Shown in pieces: positions 40,281-53,405 of a stretch of DNA of 64,000 nucleotides. The DNA is from Veleropilina oligotropha. Lineage: Eukaryota. The position numbers and the translations under genes are program-made. Location: NCBI GenBank assembly GCA_048128005.1, contig JBEUKZ010000008.1, positions 434,001 through 498,000 of the forward strand. The letters are read 5' to 3'. The notes beneath the pieces are model-generated. The model was not told where the DNA came from, searched no databases, and was given only the letters and a program-made list of their open reading frames with translations. Every line of letters starts with the position of its first letter. Position 1 is the first letter of the stretch.

Positions 40281-41917
40281 TATGCCGGTATGTTAAACGA
40301 AGAAATGAATTGACACTGTGTCCAAATTGGCTACTTTGAGGATCATGGTGATATATCTTTGCCTAGATTGCATGGTTCACAAAGGCATCACTTAAATTAC
40401 AATTAGATATTTTGCAAAAGTATTTTGAACTCTCCATCGGATGAATGGATGGATGGATTGATACATAATGTCCTGTGTATTTACGACCATCAGTTCCAAG
40501 GCAGGACATGTCCATATTATCGCGTGAGGAAAGCGCTGTCGCCCGGGGTAATCCAGGCCGGCCTCTCCAGCCAGTTACGGACAACTGCGATTGATAACTG
40601 ACCAAAGAATAATGCCCCCAACTGAGATATAAACCCACTCCTGTTAGCTACCGCAATCGAGCTAGTGACTTCAGAGTCGGCACTGAGTCAATACCACACG
40701 ACTACCGAGACGGCTGCGGGGCCTCTCAATCGGTCATCTACGTCTATATATAGATGAAAATGAAAAGACTTAATTTATCACCAAACCAATCTAAATATCT
40801 TAGCAATGCTTAATAGGCTACACTAGAGCAAGCAACGGAAATATAACATCAAATATTGATGGAGAAATTTGCACATGTAATTGGGAATGTCTTATGGAAG
40901 GGAGACAACTCTGCATTCCTTAGAAGCTCAGACATGATTGTGTGTGATATGAATCAGCTATCGCCACTCAGAAGAAAATTTTGACAATTAACAGTGTGTA
41001 ACGTACTCCCTCTCCTGCATTCTGCGATTGCAAATGCGATTTTCCTTACCAACATTTATGGACAAATTTCACCACTTTATATGACTGAGAGCGAGTATAT
41101 ATATATATGTCGTTTTTGCATGTCACCTATTAGAGTGATTTCCAAATAATGTATTATTCCATTAACAGTATGATAATAATATCGGTAATGTCCACCTATT
41201 TATGATGAGAGGAATTTAAAACCTGGAAGGTCTGATGAACAACAAGTATCAGGCATAAGATGCGTGACCCGACAATGCGTGACCCGACAATGCGTGACCC
41301 GACAATGCGCAACATTTCAGTATATTCTCGGTCATCAAGGCAATGAAAGTAAACAGCTATGATCATTGTGTGGACAAAAATATACATCGTCTCTGGATGA
41401 TAAATATTTAACAACCATGCCAAGTATTCTTCCCTTGTCATGTATGTATTATGACATAGATTGATACTTTTTTCAATGGAGACGATGTTTAGCATGTGAA
41501 AATCCTGCTCAATTGAGAATCGAACAAAGAACTTTGGGTTTGGTGATCGAATTATATATGTACGTCATAATTGATATTTTGGTAAAAAAGACTTAATTGT
41601 AAGATATTACTTTATCCAAAGCTACGCAAGAAATAAATGATTAATATTACCGGCTTGAACACTGGGAACAATATGAGACTTCTAGAATGCGCAACCAATC
41701 AGATTGCAGTATTAAGAATTTAGTCCACCGAATATTATTAAAGTCTTAAAAACCACTAGGGCTCCGCGTGCTTTAGTATTTGGCCTTGTGCCAGTGACTG
41801 CGGGAATATTGAGGCCGTCGGTAAGTTGCCTAGCAACACGGTCAGGCGAGTTCATAGAGTGATGGATTACGGAGAGCACGATAGAGATTGCATATCTATG
41901 TATTAGATTTGCATACC

Positions 41918-42477
41918 CAGGGTTCTGCCCAGAAAATCATGAGTGCCGGGTGGTTAAATCTTGAGTTCCGGGTGGTAAAATCATGAGTGCCGGGTGGTAA
42001 AATCATGAGTGCCGGGTGGTAAAATCATGAGTGCCGGGTGGTAAAATCTTGAGTGCCGGGTGGTAAAATCATGAGTGCCGGGTGGTAAAATCATGAGCGC
42101 CGGTGGTAAAATCATGAGTGCCGGGTGGTAAAATCATGAGTGCCGGGTGGTAAAATCATGAGTGCCGGGTGGTAAAATCATGAGTGCCGGGTGGTAAAAT
42201 CTTGAGTGCCGGGTGGTAAATGAAAATAAGTAAAATGTACACCTAAGTAGAAAATATGCTTGGAATATTTAAATCAATAACAATACATACGGCATCTTTC
42301 GCTACATTTACTATACTAAAATATCCAAATTCAATGTAAATGTAATAATAAAAATTAAAAAATTAAAAAAAGTAAAAATGAAAAAAATAAAAAATTGTAG
42401 GTGGGCTGAAGGTATCGAGTGCCTGGCGGCGAGTCATGAGTGCCGGGTACATGCGCTCACAGCCGCCCACCGCCCTG
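41918..42477. mobile_element. MITE of the 22027 family with an internal 22-bp array (aaaatcatgagtgccgggtggt, about 13 copies, 41934-42220)
   Basis: cagggttctgcc left TIR, shared body, damaged right end. Confidence 0.85.
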
Positions 42478-42518
42478 CGTACCAAGAGTTGCTCAAGTCC
42501 AATATTATGTACTCTTAC

Positions 42519-42655
42519 CTTTTAATGTGAGCGTGTTTCCTCCGAGCCAGCAAGTGTCGCATGTCATGGGTAGCGGCGTCTTCGAGGACTCGACGAATAC
42601 ATCCACCAAATTGATGTCCAGCCCACGTCGCTCGACAATAGGTAACAGGGCATCC
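42519..42655 (-). CDS. PLEKHG5: PLEKHG5-like exon, second half of RBD-like domain (DALLPIVERRGLDINLVDVFVESSKTPLPMTCDTCWLGGNTLTLK)
   Basis: actgttcag| ... |gtaaga; 137 nt, phase 2 to 1. Strong resemblance to PLEKHG5 [30 protein letters not shown]...FGGHYLRVK. The coding frame differs from the ORF-track ORFs here. Confidence 0.92.
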
Positions 42656-43645
42656 CTGAACAGTAAAAACACATATTACCAGAATAATGCATGAAAACGA
42701 AGAGAGAATTCTTTGTGGGCACAAAATGGAAACTAATACAAAACTAGTATAATCATAGAGTCCACAAATTTAGGGGGCTGTCGGACCAATATTCGACACT
42801 CACTTCAATATTTTACAAAAATGCACAATTGTTGTTTCAGTTCACTTGCACAAAGTGGTGCAAACGGTTCATAAATTATGATTATTTTGCGCTCTCAGAT
42901 TGCAGGAGATGGGTTTTCACACCATTAATTTTCAAAATTATCCTACCGTTGATATTATATTTGATACTGACGGACCAAAAGAAAACAGTCTCCTACATGC
43001 CTGTGTATCTATGCCCGCGGCAGCCATTTTGAATGCAAAAATGACCAAATCGTTCGGGTCGCGACCTCATGATAACTAATGTGCATGTCAAATTTGAAGC
43101 ACATCTGCTTTTAACTGTCGACTATAGAGGCCAAGAGCACACACAAGAAATCTCAGTCAAAATGGGGTACATGTATCTCCGACAATGGCTGATTACTCGC
43201 ATCCTTCACGTCCATTCATAGCAAGAGAGAGCGTACTCTAATTACCTTGAATTCAGCAGCGAATATTTTGGCTGCTCAATATTTTGTTGGTTTCATGCAC
43301 TATTATCCAATCAAATGTACCGTTTTGCAAACTTCATATTTACGTTTGTTTTATGATAGAGTTCTATTAATTTTTATCGCTTGACTTCACTAATATTAAG
43401 ATACCGCGTCCTCCACTGTACAATAATGAAGAAATAACTTAAATTAATGCATTACAGTGCCTTTCTTATTAAACCATGAGAAATTTATTAGGCAAGCATA
43501 ATTATGCATAGCTGCAATCAAATTGCGGCAGGCAATTTGTCTCAACCAGCAGGGTTTTTATGTAGTCCAATGATGAGTCACTATTAAAGATGAAACAACA
43601 TAACAATGCTGTCTATTTTTTCTCCTGAAATATAGCTGTTCCAAT

Positions 43646-43920
43646 ACCAGGGCAAAATATATATATAGAGGAACAGCAACATTGACATACTCTACCCAGG
43701 GCAATATAGGAACAGCAACATTGACATACTCTACCCAGGGCAATATATATAGAGGAACAGCAACATTGACATACTCTACCCAGGGCAATATATATAGAGG
43801 AACAGCAACATTGACATACTCTACCCAGGGCAATATATATATAGAGGAACAGCAACATTGACATACTCTACCCAGGGCAATATATATATATAGAGGAACA
43901 GCAACATTGACATGCTCTAC
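43646..43920. repeat. Six tandem units of about 39-49 bp that differ in an internal (ta)n run
   Basis: ccagggcaa(ta)n gaggaacagcaacattgacatactcta. Confidence 0.92.
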
Positions 43921-44872
43921 TTTTTATCGTTATTAATTGATTCTCGTTACATCCTAAGAATACTTCTCTGCAATCGCAGTGATTTAACTCATAACAAAAT
44001 CTCAAAAACAAAATGCAAATATACAAATCAATGCAGGCCTGCTAACTATATGGTAAAATAAATATCATAATGCTGTCTGAATCTGTCGTCATATATTACA
44101 TATATCGAACGACAAGGCGAGGTATACATAAATTGTGCCCGACTCGTTTCATAATTCTCATATGAAATGGAAACAAGTCTGAGATCTTCTTGATCACATG
44201 ACTTTATTTACCTTTAAACTTATATTATTACATTTTTAAACTCATTTCTTTACGTTTTTAAACTGATTTATGTCAGTACTTTCAGTCATAAAATGGCCTG
44301 CCTCAGACGTATCACGCCTCGACAGCACGTACCACGCCAAAATACATATGTACGCCAATAAAATATAGTTCCACATCTTTGTTTTCTCAGAAAATGAAGA
44401 GTCAATGAGTATGAATTATTCAATACGTTAATTACAGTGATGCGCGACCTAATCAAATTCGTGCCAGATGCGACAAGATGGTATTATGCTGGCCCTCATT
44501 TGCATAGTTATACCACGTGTCATTCATATGGAAAATATGTAACGGGTTCTGTCGTTCCATAACATGTTTGTCATTTGATAACAATAATAAAGAATGGGAT
44601 ATAATCTGTTTAAAGTGCAAATAAACCACGTTAAAATGCAAATTGCCGTACCAAACAACTTGACAGAGTAAGATTTTAGACTAATAGTCACACTAAAATT
44701 TGTAAAGAAAACAACAAGAGTTACACGTGCACGTATTACGTAATTATAAACACTTTATGCAATAATTTAGCAAGGTCATAAGAATATATATGGTAGATAC
44801 CTGATATCTCTACAGATGCAACTTCAGATCATTAATCTCTACATGTATTCAGCGTCGACTGATGGCCCTTAC

Positions 44873-44967
44873 CTGAGCTTGATCTCTTTGGCGGCTGCGA
44901 CGACTTCCGTCTCCTCCTCTCCGTCAATAATGAACGTGACCGTGAAATATTCCGCCTGCACACCAGT
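44873..44967 (-). CDS. PLEKHG5: PLEKHG5-like exon, first half of RBD-like domain (TGVQAEYFTVTFIIDGEEETEVVAAAKEIKL R)
   Basis: tcgtccag| ... |gtaagg; 95 nt, phase 0 to 2. Resembles PLEKHG5 ECFTLKF...ETEIVPAMK. Confidence 0.9.
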
Positions 44968-45181
44968 CTGGACGAATGAAACGACAATTAAAGTCGGTCA
45001 TTCATCAATCAAAGATGCATTTTTTGTATAAAATTTATCAGTTCACAGATTGTTACTATAATGATCCTTGTCGACAGCGATCATAGCTTATGCATTTGTA
45101 CATAATGGAAAACAATCGGGCACCAAAAAGAAATAATGCAATCTTAGACTAATTATTTTGCAAACTCTCAATGCCAATCAA

Positions 45182-46329
45182 AACTAGAAAAACGTTATGG
45201 CAGGCCACAAGAATGCCCGCGTGGTGGCCTAACATGTTATACTAAATTCCATAAATAAACTGCCAGAGTAAAAGGTGGCTAACAACAAGGCACATGTATG
45301 AATCAGTATGCAGTAATGCACTCATTGATAAAACTTCAAACAGAATGCAAATCTCTTAAAACAAACCAATTTGAATCAAATTGGTTGAGAACTTTCCACT
45401 ATAGAGCGCACACAAGAAATCGCTTTAAAACAAAATGGCCACTATGGCGGCCATCTTTAATAAAATGACGAAAATCGTTAGGCGGCATGTCCTCACCATA
45501 ACTCATCAACATGCACACCGAATTTGAATCCAATAGGATTAGAACTTTTTATTGAAAATCGATAGGTGTAGTGTCCTCATCATACCAAAAGTGTACATCT
45601 AATTTGAATGAAATAGGATAAGAAGTTTTCACTAGAGAGCTCACAGAATATATACCTTCAAATCAATATGGTCACCACGGCGGCCATCTTGAATCCGAAA
45701 ACGGCTAAAATTGTTAGACATCGTGTCCTCATCATAATGAACATTCATACCGAATTTGAATCAAATCGGAATAGAACTTTTCACTATAGATCTCACACAA
45801 GAAATATCTTCAAAACAAAATGGCCACCATGGCAGCCATCTTGAATCCAAAAACGACGAAAATCATTAGTCATCGTCACAGTTCACATCATAACGAATGT
45901 GCACAGCGAATTTGAATGAAATCGGAATAGACCTCTTCACTGTAGAGCGCACACAAGAAATTTCTTCAAAACAAAATGGCCACCACAGCGGCCATCTTGA
46001 ATCTGAAAACGACGAAAATCGTTAGGCAGAATTTAAATCAAATCTGATTAGAACTTTTCACTGTAGAGCGGACACAAAAAACGTTAACCAAAAATTCACC
46101 TAAATTTCTATGTCCAAAGAGACCATCATATTTTCATTAATTACATAAAATTTTATTAAATGTCATTGCCCGAGTATCAGATGATATCCATATAACCTAT
46201 AACAAAGTATAGATACACTAAAAAGTCCCTTGGACAACCCATATACACTGAACGAAAAACTTTAACCAAATTGCTGATGCCGGACGGTACAGAAACAATA
46301 TGCCCTTTCGCCTTCGGCGCAGGCATAAC
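45182..46329 (+). mobile_element. HINE-like element with internal subunits of about 120 bp
   Basis: aactagaaaaacgtt...gaatgcccgcg start; repeated aaaatggccacc...gccatcttga; tatgccc...ggcataa end; same family as 47824-49185. Confidence 0.82.
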
Positions 46330-47447
46330 AAGAAGACTTTGTCATCGATATCTCATGGACGGAGCTCGTTTCTATATCCCCGATAAATTGGTTGTTGCAT
46401 GGAACAACGACCTTCTATCCATATTACTGAACAATAATTTAACATTAACACGGAAAAACTTCTACCAATTATATACATACATATCATATGAAAGTTAATT
46501 GCATGACCTCCAACTGAGAAAATAATAAAATATGCAAATTAGAACACATGATCTCATTGAAGTGGACACCATCATGCATCAAGATTCAACTATAATTTTG
46601 AGTTATCAACCCAAACATACTGATAATTATTACGTTTAGGTCTTTAAATATATATGTCTAGATCATTTAGTATATATTCCTTCACGTTGTATTATATATA
46701 TATATATAATGCGACAGAAGCTCAACATATACCCACAATTTGAAATATTCTTCCAAGTGCTAGACAAGTGTCGTCATATGGCAAAATTAAGACTTGCATG
46801 ATCAGCATAATATGCATCAAGACTTGCTTAAATATCGTCGTTCAAAATTTTACATGGTCAACCAAAATATACAACATCCAACTCCAGGCGATTGACCACA
46901 CAGCTCCAGATGTCGAATGTCCGCATAATTATGACAGTCGGACACTCACTCGATTAGCATTGATGCAAAAATTGCACTTTCACCAATCATATCAAGGTCA
47001 GATATTATTGTGCATTCAATCTACTTGATAAATATAGTGCATTCTATCCACTTGCGGTTCTCTCGATCACAAAAAATCCTCGAGTCCACAGCTCAAGGGA
47101 GTATATACCCTCCCCCGGCGGCCATCTTGAATTCAATGTGACATTACCAAAATCGTTTAGGACCATTTCATAACGAATGTGCAAATCAAATTTGATGCAA
47201 TCTGTTGACACAATGACAGTATAGAGCTAGCACACAGAAATCTCTGCGGGCATGACTGCGACGACATATAAAACATAGCATATATCCCCAGATTATTGCC
47301 CCCCCCCCCCGGGATACAATTACTTATGGACCAATTACCATTTTTTGCGAACATTTCTATCAAATGATGAAGCTTTTAAATTCTCAGCCATTGCTGGGGA
47401 CAATGATCTACAGTGCACATACAGTATTAATCAAATTCATAAAACAC

Positions 47448-47642
47448 CTTGGATGATTTTCGAACAGCCAAGCTAATGCCGGACTGCAACCCATCAACAC
47501 CTTGGCTGCTGATTTTTTCTTCTACGTAACACGCCACATCCGATTTGGACCGTTTCCGAACCACATGCTCCTCGTCTCCGGTTAATACCTTATCCAAATC
47601 TTCCTCACATATATCAGCCGTGCTCATCCTTCGATCCTTTTC
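47448..47642 (-). CDS. PLEKHG5: Probable alternative/cassette exon of the PLEKHG5-like gene (EKDRRMSTADICEEDLDKVLTGDEEHVVRKRSKSDVACYVEEKISSQGVDGLQSGISLAVRKSSK)
   Basis: ccttgtag| acceptor with a perfect TACTAAC branch point (47665-47671); weak |gtgttt donor; 195 nt, phase 0 to 0, open. Confidence 0.65.
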
Positions 47643-47823
47643 CTACAAGGAATATTTTTAGGCAGTTAGTAACGCAAGAGATTCAAAAGGAGATAATGCA
47701 TTTCCTTTTGAATCCAGAGAGAGTGTTAAGCAAATGAAAGATGAAAGATGAAAGTTGATATACTGGACATATATGCACAATAACAAATATAACCTTGTGT
47801 ATAAAAAAACCCACACAATAGCA

Positions 47824-49185
47824 AACTAGAAAAACGTTGTGGCAGGCCACAAGAATGCCCGCGTGGTGGCCTAATATGTTATACTAAATTCCATAAATAA
47901 ACTGCCAGAGTAAAAGGTGGCTAACAACAAAGCACATGTAAGAATCAGTATGCAGTAATTTATTCACTCATCGATAAAACTTCAAACATAATGCAAATAT
48001 CTTGAAACAAAAGAACTTTAATCAAATTAGTACAGAAATTTCACTGTATAGCGCACATAAGAAATTTCATCAAAACAAAATGGCCACCATGGCAGCCATC
48101 TTGAATCTGAAAATGAAGAATATCGTTAATAGGTGGGTCCTCATCATAATGAACGTGCATACCGAATCTGAATCAAATCGGAATAGAAGTCTTCACTGTA
48201 GAACAGACACAAGAAATATCTTCAAAACAAAATGGCCACCATGGCAGCCACCTTGAATGCGAAAACGACGTGTCCACATCATAACGAACATGCATACGGA
48301 ATTTGAATGAAATCGGAATAGAACTCTTCACTGTAGAGCGCACACAAGAAATTTCTTCAAAACAAAATAGCCGCCGTAGCAGATATCTTAAATCCGAAAA
48401 CGACGTAATTCGCTAGGCATCGTGTCCACATCATAACAAACGTGCATACCGAATTTGAATGAAATTGGAATAGAACTCTTCACTGTAGAGCGCACACAAG
48501 AAATATCCTCCAAACAAAATGGCCACCACGGTGGCCATCTTGAATCCGAAAACGAGGAAAATCGTTAGTCGACATGTTCACATCATAACAAACGTGCATA
48601 CCGAATTTGAATGAAATCGGAATAAAACTCTTCACTGTAGAGCGCACACAAGAAATTTCTTCAAAACAAAATGGCCACCATGCATGGTGGCCATCTTAAA
48701 CCCGAAAATCGTTATTCGGCGTCTTCATATCATAACGAACGTGCACCGAATTTGAATGAAATCAGAATAAAACTCTTCACTGTAGAGCGCACACAATAAA
48801 TTTCTTCAAAACAAAACGGCCACCACGGCGGCCATCTTGAACCCCAAAACGTGTCCTCATGAAAACTAACTTGCATGCCGAATTTGAATCATATCAGATT
48901 ACAACTTTTCACTGTAGAGCGGACACAAAAAACTTTAACCTGAAATTCGCCTAAATTTCTATGTCGAAAGAGACCATCATATTTTCATTAATTATATAAT
49001 ATTTTATTAAATATCATTGCCAGAGTATCAGATGATATTCATATAACCTATAACAAAGCATACATACAGTAAAAAGTCCCTTGGACAACCCATATACTCA
49101 ACAAAAAACTTTAACCAAATTGTTGACGCCAGATGCCTAACGGTACAGGAACAATATGCCCTTTCGCCTTCGGCGCGGGCATAAA
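47824..49185 (+). mobile_element. HINE-like element, same family as 45182-46329
   Basis: Near-identical 5' and 3' modules with more internal subunits. Confidence 0.82.
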
Positions 49186-49662
49186 TATAACATCTGAATT
49201 ATGGAATGACAATTAATTACTTCATCGCCTAGCTAGTAAGATTAAATTCAAGATAATGTATTTGAGAGGAAAGGTTCAATTATCAAAATCAGGAAAATTT
49301 AGTCATTTATGTGCAACAATCACGGCAAGACAACGTTCATCTTTCATTACGAAAAGTGACAAAACAATTAAAAGTTGTAAATACAAGACAAGCCGGGGAA
49401 GGGGGTGGGAGGTGGAGGGACAAACCTGTCATAATTAATACAACATTAATAAAATTAATAAAACACATTAGTACATTAACTGCACTCAGATTAAGCAAGG
49501 GCAAAAAAACAAAATATTTCAGGTGAAATCCATCTTGAAGTAAATTAATATCTTGACGGCAAGTTTGAATTACGTCTCATGATCATTCAACAATTCATAC
49601 GGTATATGACATCGTTATCTTTTATAGATATAATTAAAGTCATGCAACTCCAGTTATTTTAC

Positions 49663-49699
49663 CTTTGAGCCTTTTACGGCGCTCCACATGCATTGCCAT
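49663..49699 (-). CDS. Candidate short alternative 5' exon (MAMHVERRKRLK in phase 1, or MWSAVKGSK from ATG 49689 in phase 0)
   Basis: ATG followed by an aag|gtaaaa donor; the phase-0 reading fits the acceptor at 47642. Confidence 0.3.
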
Positions 49700-50574
49700 T
49701 GAAGTTACAAATTTTCAATGGAACATTAACAATGTACAACTTCATTGTTTGCCAAGAAAATGTCCACACAGAAACTGTGAGCTACAGGAAACTTAATATC
49801 TCTGGTAGCTAACAATGTGGATTATAATTGGTCAAGTCAAGAAATTTATCTAAGACAAACATCGTTATCTGAAGTAGGTCAGCATTTTAGCGGATTTTGT
49901 CACCCGATATTTTGATCGGTTAGTGAATGCATGCACTTCGTCGGTGAACACCGCGATTACCATACCTGGGGAATGTGTGATCTCGAATCGCACACCTAGA
50001 GAGAAGGAACAGTATTGAGGAATTTGAAACACAATACAGAAAATGTTATTAAATTCCTGAACACAGCTGAGGTAGACAAAAAATATGTCCAATGTAAATA
50101 CAATCTGCATTCTTATAACGAATCTACGCAAGAGTCTAGAGTTAGAAATTGCACACTCGAGTACATCAGCTATAAATAGCAGGATATGCTGTAATGGGCT
50201 GGCATACTGTTCGTACGAGCGCATTAACAATTTTTCAGTTGTATAATCATGTCTTTATCCAATCAGACACACATATAATATGGTATATATTTGTTTTTTA
50301 ATAATTTAAGACGTAGAATGAGCCGCCAATGAATCTCGTACATAAAACCCACATAAAAGGCTCGGTAGAGAATGCGCCACCCTAACCATTCAGCTCCATA
50401 CAATTTGGGAACATAATATTATCTGAAGTGGTAAAGGTTATTCGACGTACGATATGCTACACAATTTGTATCTGTTTAACAAGCATATTCGTGTAAATAT
50501 ATGCCGAGTCTCTTATTATATTATATATTCTGAACAAGTCAAAGTGTGTTTACCTTTCACACTGGGTCATTTAC

Positions 50575-50719
50575 CTTTCCGAGTAACATAACCCAGAAGA
50601 GGGTATACAAAACTTATTGCGGACGCGGTTGCTAAATTAGCAGAGTTACACAGTGGGTTTGGAGGAGCACTTTCATTCACGAGCGACTCCCGGGTGTTTG
50701 CCGATAACGACGGTGACAT
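50575..50719 (-). CDS. Candidate alternative 5' exon (MSPSLSANTR...VTRK in phase 1, or MLLGK from ATG 50589 in phase 0)
   Basis: GC-richer island with accATG and an aag|gtaaat donor; second donor at 50554; frame ambiguous. Confidence 0.35.
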
Positions 50720-51719
50720 GGTAAATACACGCACAAACCTTCAAAGGCTGCCAGAAATATGAGGAAGTGGGTCTGTTTTAATGATATACTAACCATAACG
50801 ATATCACTATACCAGGTAACAGCTACGTCTTGGCTCTGATTAAACGAAGGGGGACGGTATTGTCCAATGAAACGTGAATAAAGCTAGATGAGTGGCAAGA
50901 TACTTCCTGGACTGATAAAACGAATCTGATACGCTTTGACTTACCGTCCCATTTAACACCAAGGTCAAATTATTGAGACATAATGTCCACATAATTTTAA
51001 AATTATTTTGTAATATTTAATATGCCATCAGGAAAAGTGAGCAAATCAAGTAAGATCGTCTGAAATTTTATTCTGTGTGGCTATTAATTAATTTGCATTT
51101 ATTCGTTTGCAATTCAATGTCCAGTTAATACAGAACTTTAGAAAACTGTTTACTTATTTTGTTCTTTCATTTTGTATAACTGTCTATATTACAATCACAA
51201 AAGTTGTAAACAATCTCTGACATAGTTAGCAAGAAACTAACAAAACATAGCGACATACCCTGCCAACCAACTAAACTTCTAATTTTAAGGGGAAAATGGC
51301 ATCATACCTTAAAAGCAGAACTTAAATATATTGCTACTGTATGACCTAAAACATTTATCACATTGAAATTAGTCACATTTATTTATTGTATATAATGTAC
51401 ATATATGTAGTTATAGTTATAGTTTTGTATTATTTTGGTTTATAACTATATATAGAGGGACTCAGGGAAGATTGGTTGTAAACTAACAGTTCTCGCTCTC
51501 AAAATAAAGTATTATGATTATTATTATTATGTTACTGTAGTGAGAGAAAACTCCAAATGCTACCAAAACTTCTACCACAGTTGGAATTAAATGTTTGGAA
51601 AGCTTTGTGCAATGCAACACTTATTTCCCACATGATTGTAAGTTTTGGTCTTGGATTGGAACAGAGTGGCCTGCAGGAAGATTATACAATGTATTTACAA
51701 CATCATATGCTACAATGAA

Positions 51720-52213
51720 AACTAGAGTTATCACAGGAGTGATCATATGTCCCCACAAAAGCGCTTGACCCAGGAACAGGCTGTTCCATACACACATGAA
51801 GTTTCAGGTCCCTCGGTCAAATAGTATGGGAGATATGGACATGAAGGGAATTTTAGACTGAATACGGTCAAGCGTGAAAAGTAGGTCGCGGTGACCTACT
51901 TTTGGTACACGACATACATTGAGTTATTACGCATCCACACATCCAGTTTCATGTCCTAGGTCAAATAGCGTGGGAAATATGAAGCGGAAGGGAATTTTTG
52001 ACCAAATGCGGTCAAGTCTGGAATGTAGGTCGTGGTGACCTACTTTCAGTATGCGACACACCTTTGGGTTATGACGCATCCACACATCCCTAGGCGAAAT
52101 AGTATTGGAGATATGGAACGGAAAGGAATTTGCAACAGACATACCAACCGACCGACCGACAGACAAGCTGACTCGTATATGCCCCTGCCTAAACTTCATT
52201 TGTGGGGGCATAA
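51720..52213 (+). mobile_element. HINE-like element (related copy at 58678-59232)
   Basis: actagagttatcacaggagtgatcatat start shared with 58678; (accg/acag) microsatellite; gcccc...gggggcataa end. Confidence 0.78.
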
Positions 52214-52242
52214 TTAAGTGTCGCCTTCCAAAGGTCACTTAC

Positions 52243-52318
52243 ATCGGTATTATGACGCCGACTTTTTATGGCCTTTCTCCTTCTCAACTTTTGTTCATGT
52301 TGGCTGACCGAAGTTTTG
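52243..52318 (-). CDS. PLEKHG5: PLEKHG5-like exon (N KTSVSQHEQKLRRRKAIKSRRHNTD)
   Basis: ctttttcag| ... |gtaagt; 76 nt, phase 2 to 0, fits the upstream exon. The basic stretch ending RRHNTD resembles PLEKHG5 KKKARRRHTDD. Confidence 0.88.
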
Positions 52319-52825
52319 CTGAAAAAGAACAAGATCCACGGTGCTGAGAACATTCTCTCATGCCTTCACAATTTCCTCCTTGTTATGAGCATGTCACATT
52401 CGATACACCATCTCATATCTCCCAGAAAATGTTACAGTCAAAGCAAGGGGAATACACTGCAGGTCAACTGACGTATATATCTATTCTTATTCTCCTAAAT
52501 AAGGGACATTATCCAAACCAGGATCTTTGCATTGAAAGTTCTACTAATTATGCAATGACAAATATGAAAGAAATTCAGTTGATATCAAATTATACTAATA
52601 TTTGTTTGGGGTTGGAATAATATATTGTTGGATTAATGTACTGTTTTAACACCCTTCAGGGTCATGACCGTATTTATAATCTCCCGAAAATTTGCACGCA
52701 CCAGCCAATTATATACAACCGTGACAGTTAAATGCATAAATTGCGCAAACAGAATTCAAAATCATTTCTGTGAGACACACCAGTCAAGCAAGTAAATTGA
52801 GAGCCACGCACATAATATTTTACTG

Positions 52826-53157
52826 AGTCATGGCTCAGTGGGTTGTTCATAGGGCTCTGATCATAAGAGTCCCGGGTTCGTCCCCAAAGCTCAGCGATTT
52901 CAATTGGGCAAGGATATAAGCATATATTTGCCTCTGTCCACCCAGCCGATCTGAATGGGTACCTGGTTGGCAGTTATGTAAGTCACGGCGCTACCTGCGT
53001 GTAAATGACTGTAATGCTCCTAGAGGGATTTGAGAGGGTATATATAAAGTGAAACAGGCCCATAACCAGGGGTAGTAAATAATAATGTTCAGCGCATTGA
53101 GACTGACATTTGCGTAATAATGCGCTATATAAGACCGTTAAATTATTAATTAATTAT
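52826..53157 (+). mobile_element. tRNA-derived SINE, family B (related copies at about 21600-21875 minus and 58388-58600 plus)
   Basis: tggctcagtgg A box, ggttcg B box, ttgggcaagg...cacccagccgatct...atgggtac core, (att)n/(taa)n tail. Confidence 0.75.
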
Positions 53158-53269
53158 AATATAGATGTATAACAAATACTCATATTTAAATTTAAACTCA
53201 ATCAATTTTCATATTGTTCGTGGTAGTTGCATAGGTACGTGAATGGCGAAGAATGAAAACTTAACTCAC

Positions 53270-53405
53270 TTTAAAACTTGTTTCGATTTGATGAATATGC
53301 CATCCTGTTCATCTGCGCTTCCACCGATATAGTTTTCAGTGTCGCTCAAACTTGTACCTGGCAGGGACTTTGAAGACACATTTCTGTTCATGTGGGCTTG
53401 TGCAC
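53270..53405 (-). CDS. PLEKHG5: PLEKHG5-like exon (G AQAHMNRNVSSKSLPGTSLSDTENYIGGSADEQDGIFIKSKQVL)
   Basis: ttatcacag| ... |gtgagt; 136 nt, phase 1 to 2, open. RNVSSKS resembles PLEKHG5 RNVSTRS. Confidence 0.85.

Noticed and set aside
42440..42724. ORF-track ORFs 42440..42694 (+) and 42515..42724 (-)
   Set aside because: Shadow frames of the real RBD exon, which is read in a different minus-strand frame.
43558..43864. Cys-rich or repetitive ORFs (CQCCCSS; LPWVEYVNVAVP)
   Set aside because: Translations of a tandem repeat whose variable (ta)n run shifts the frame.
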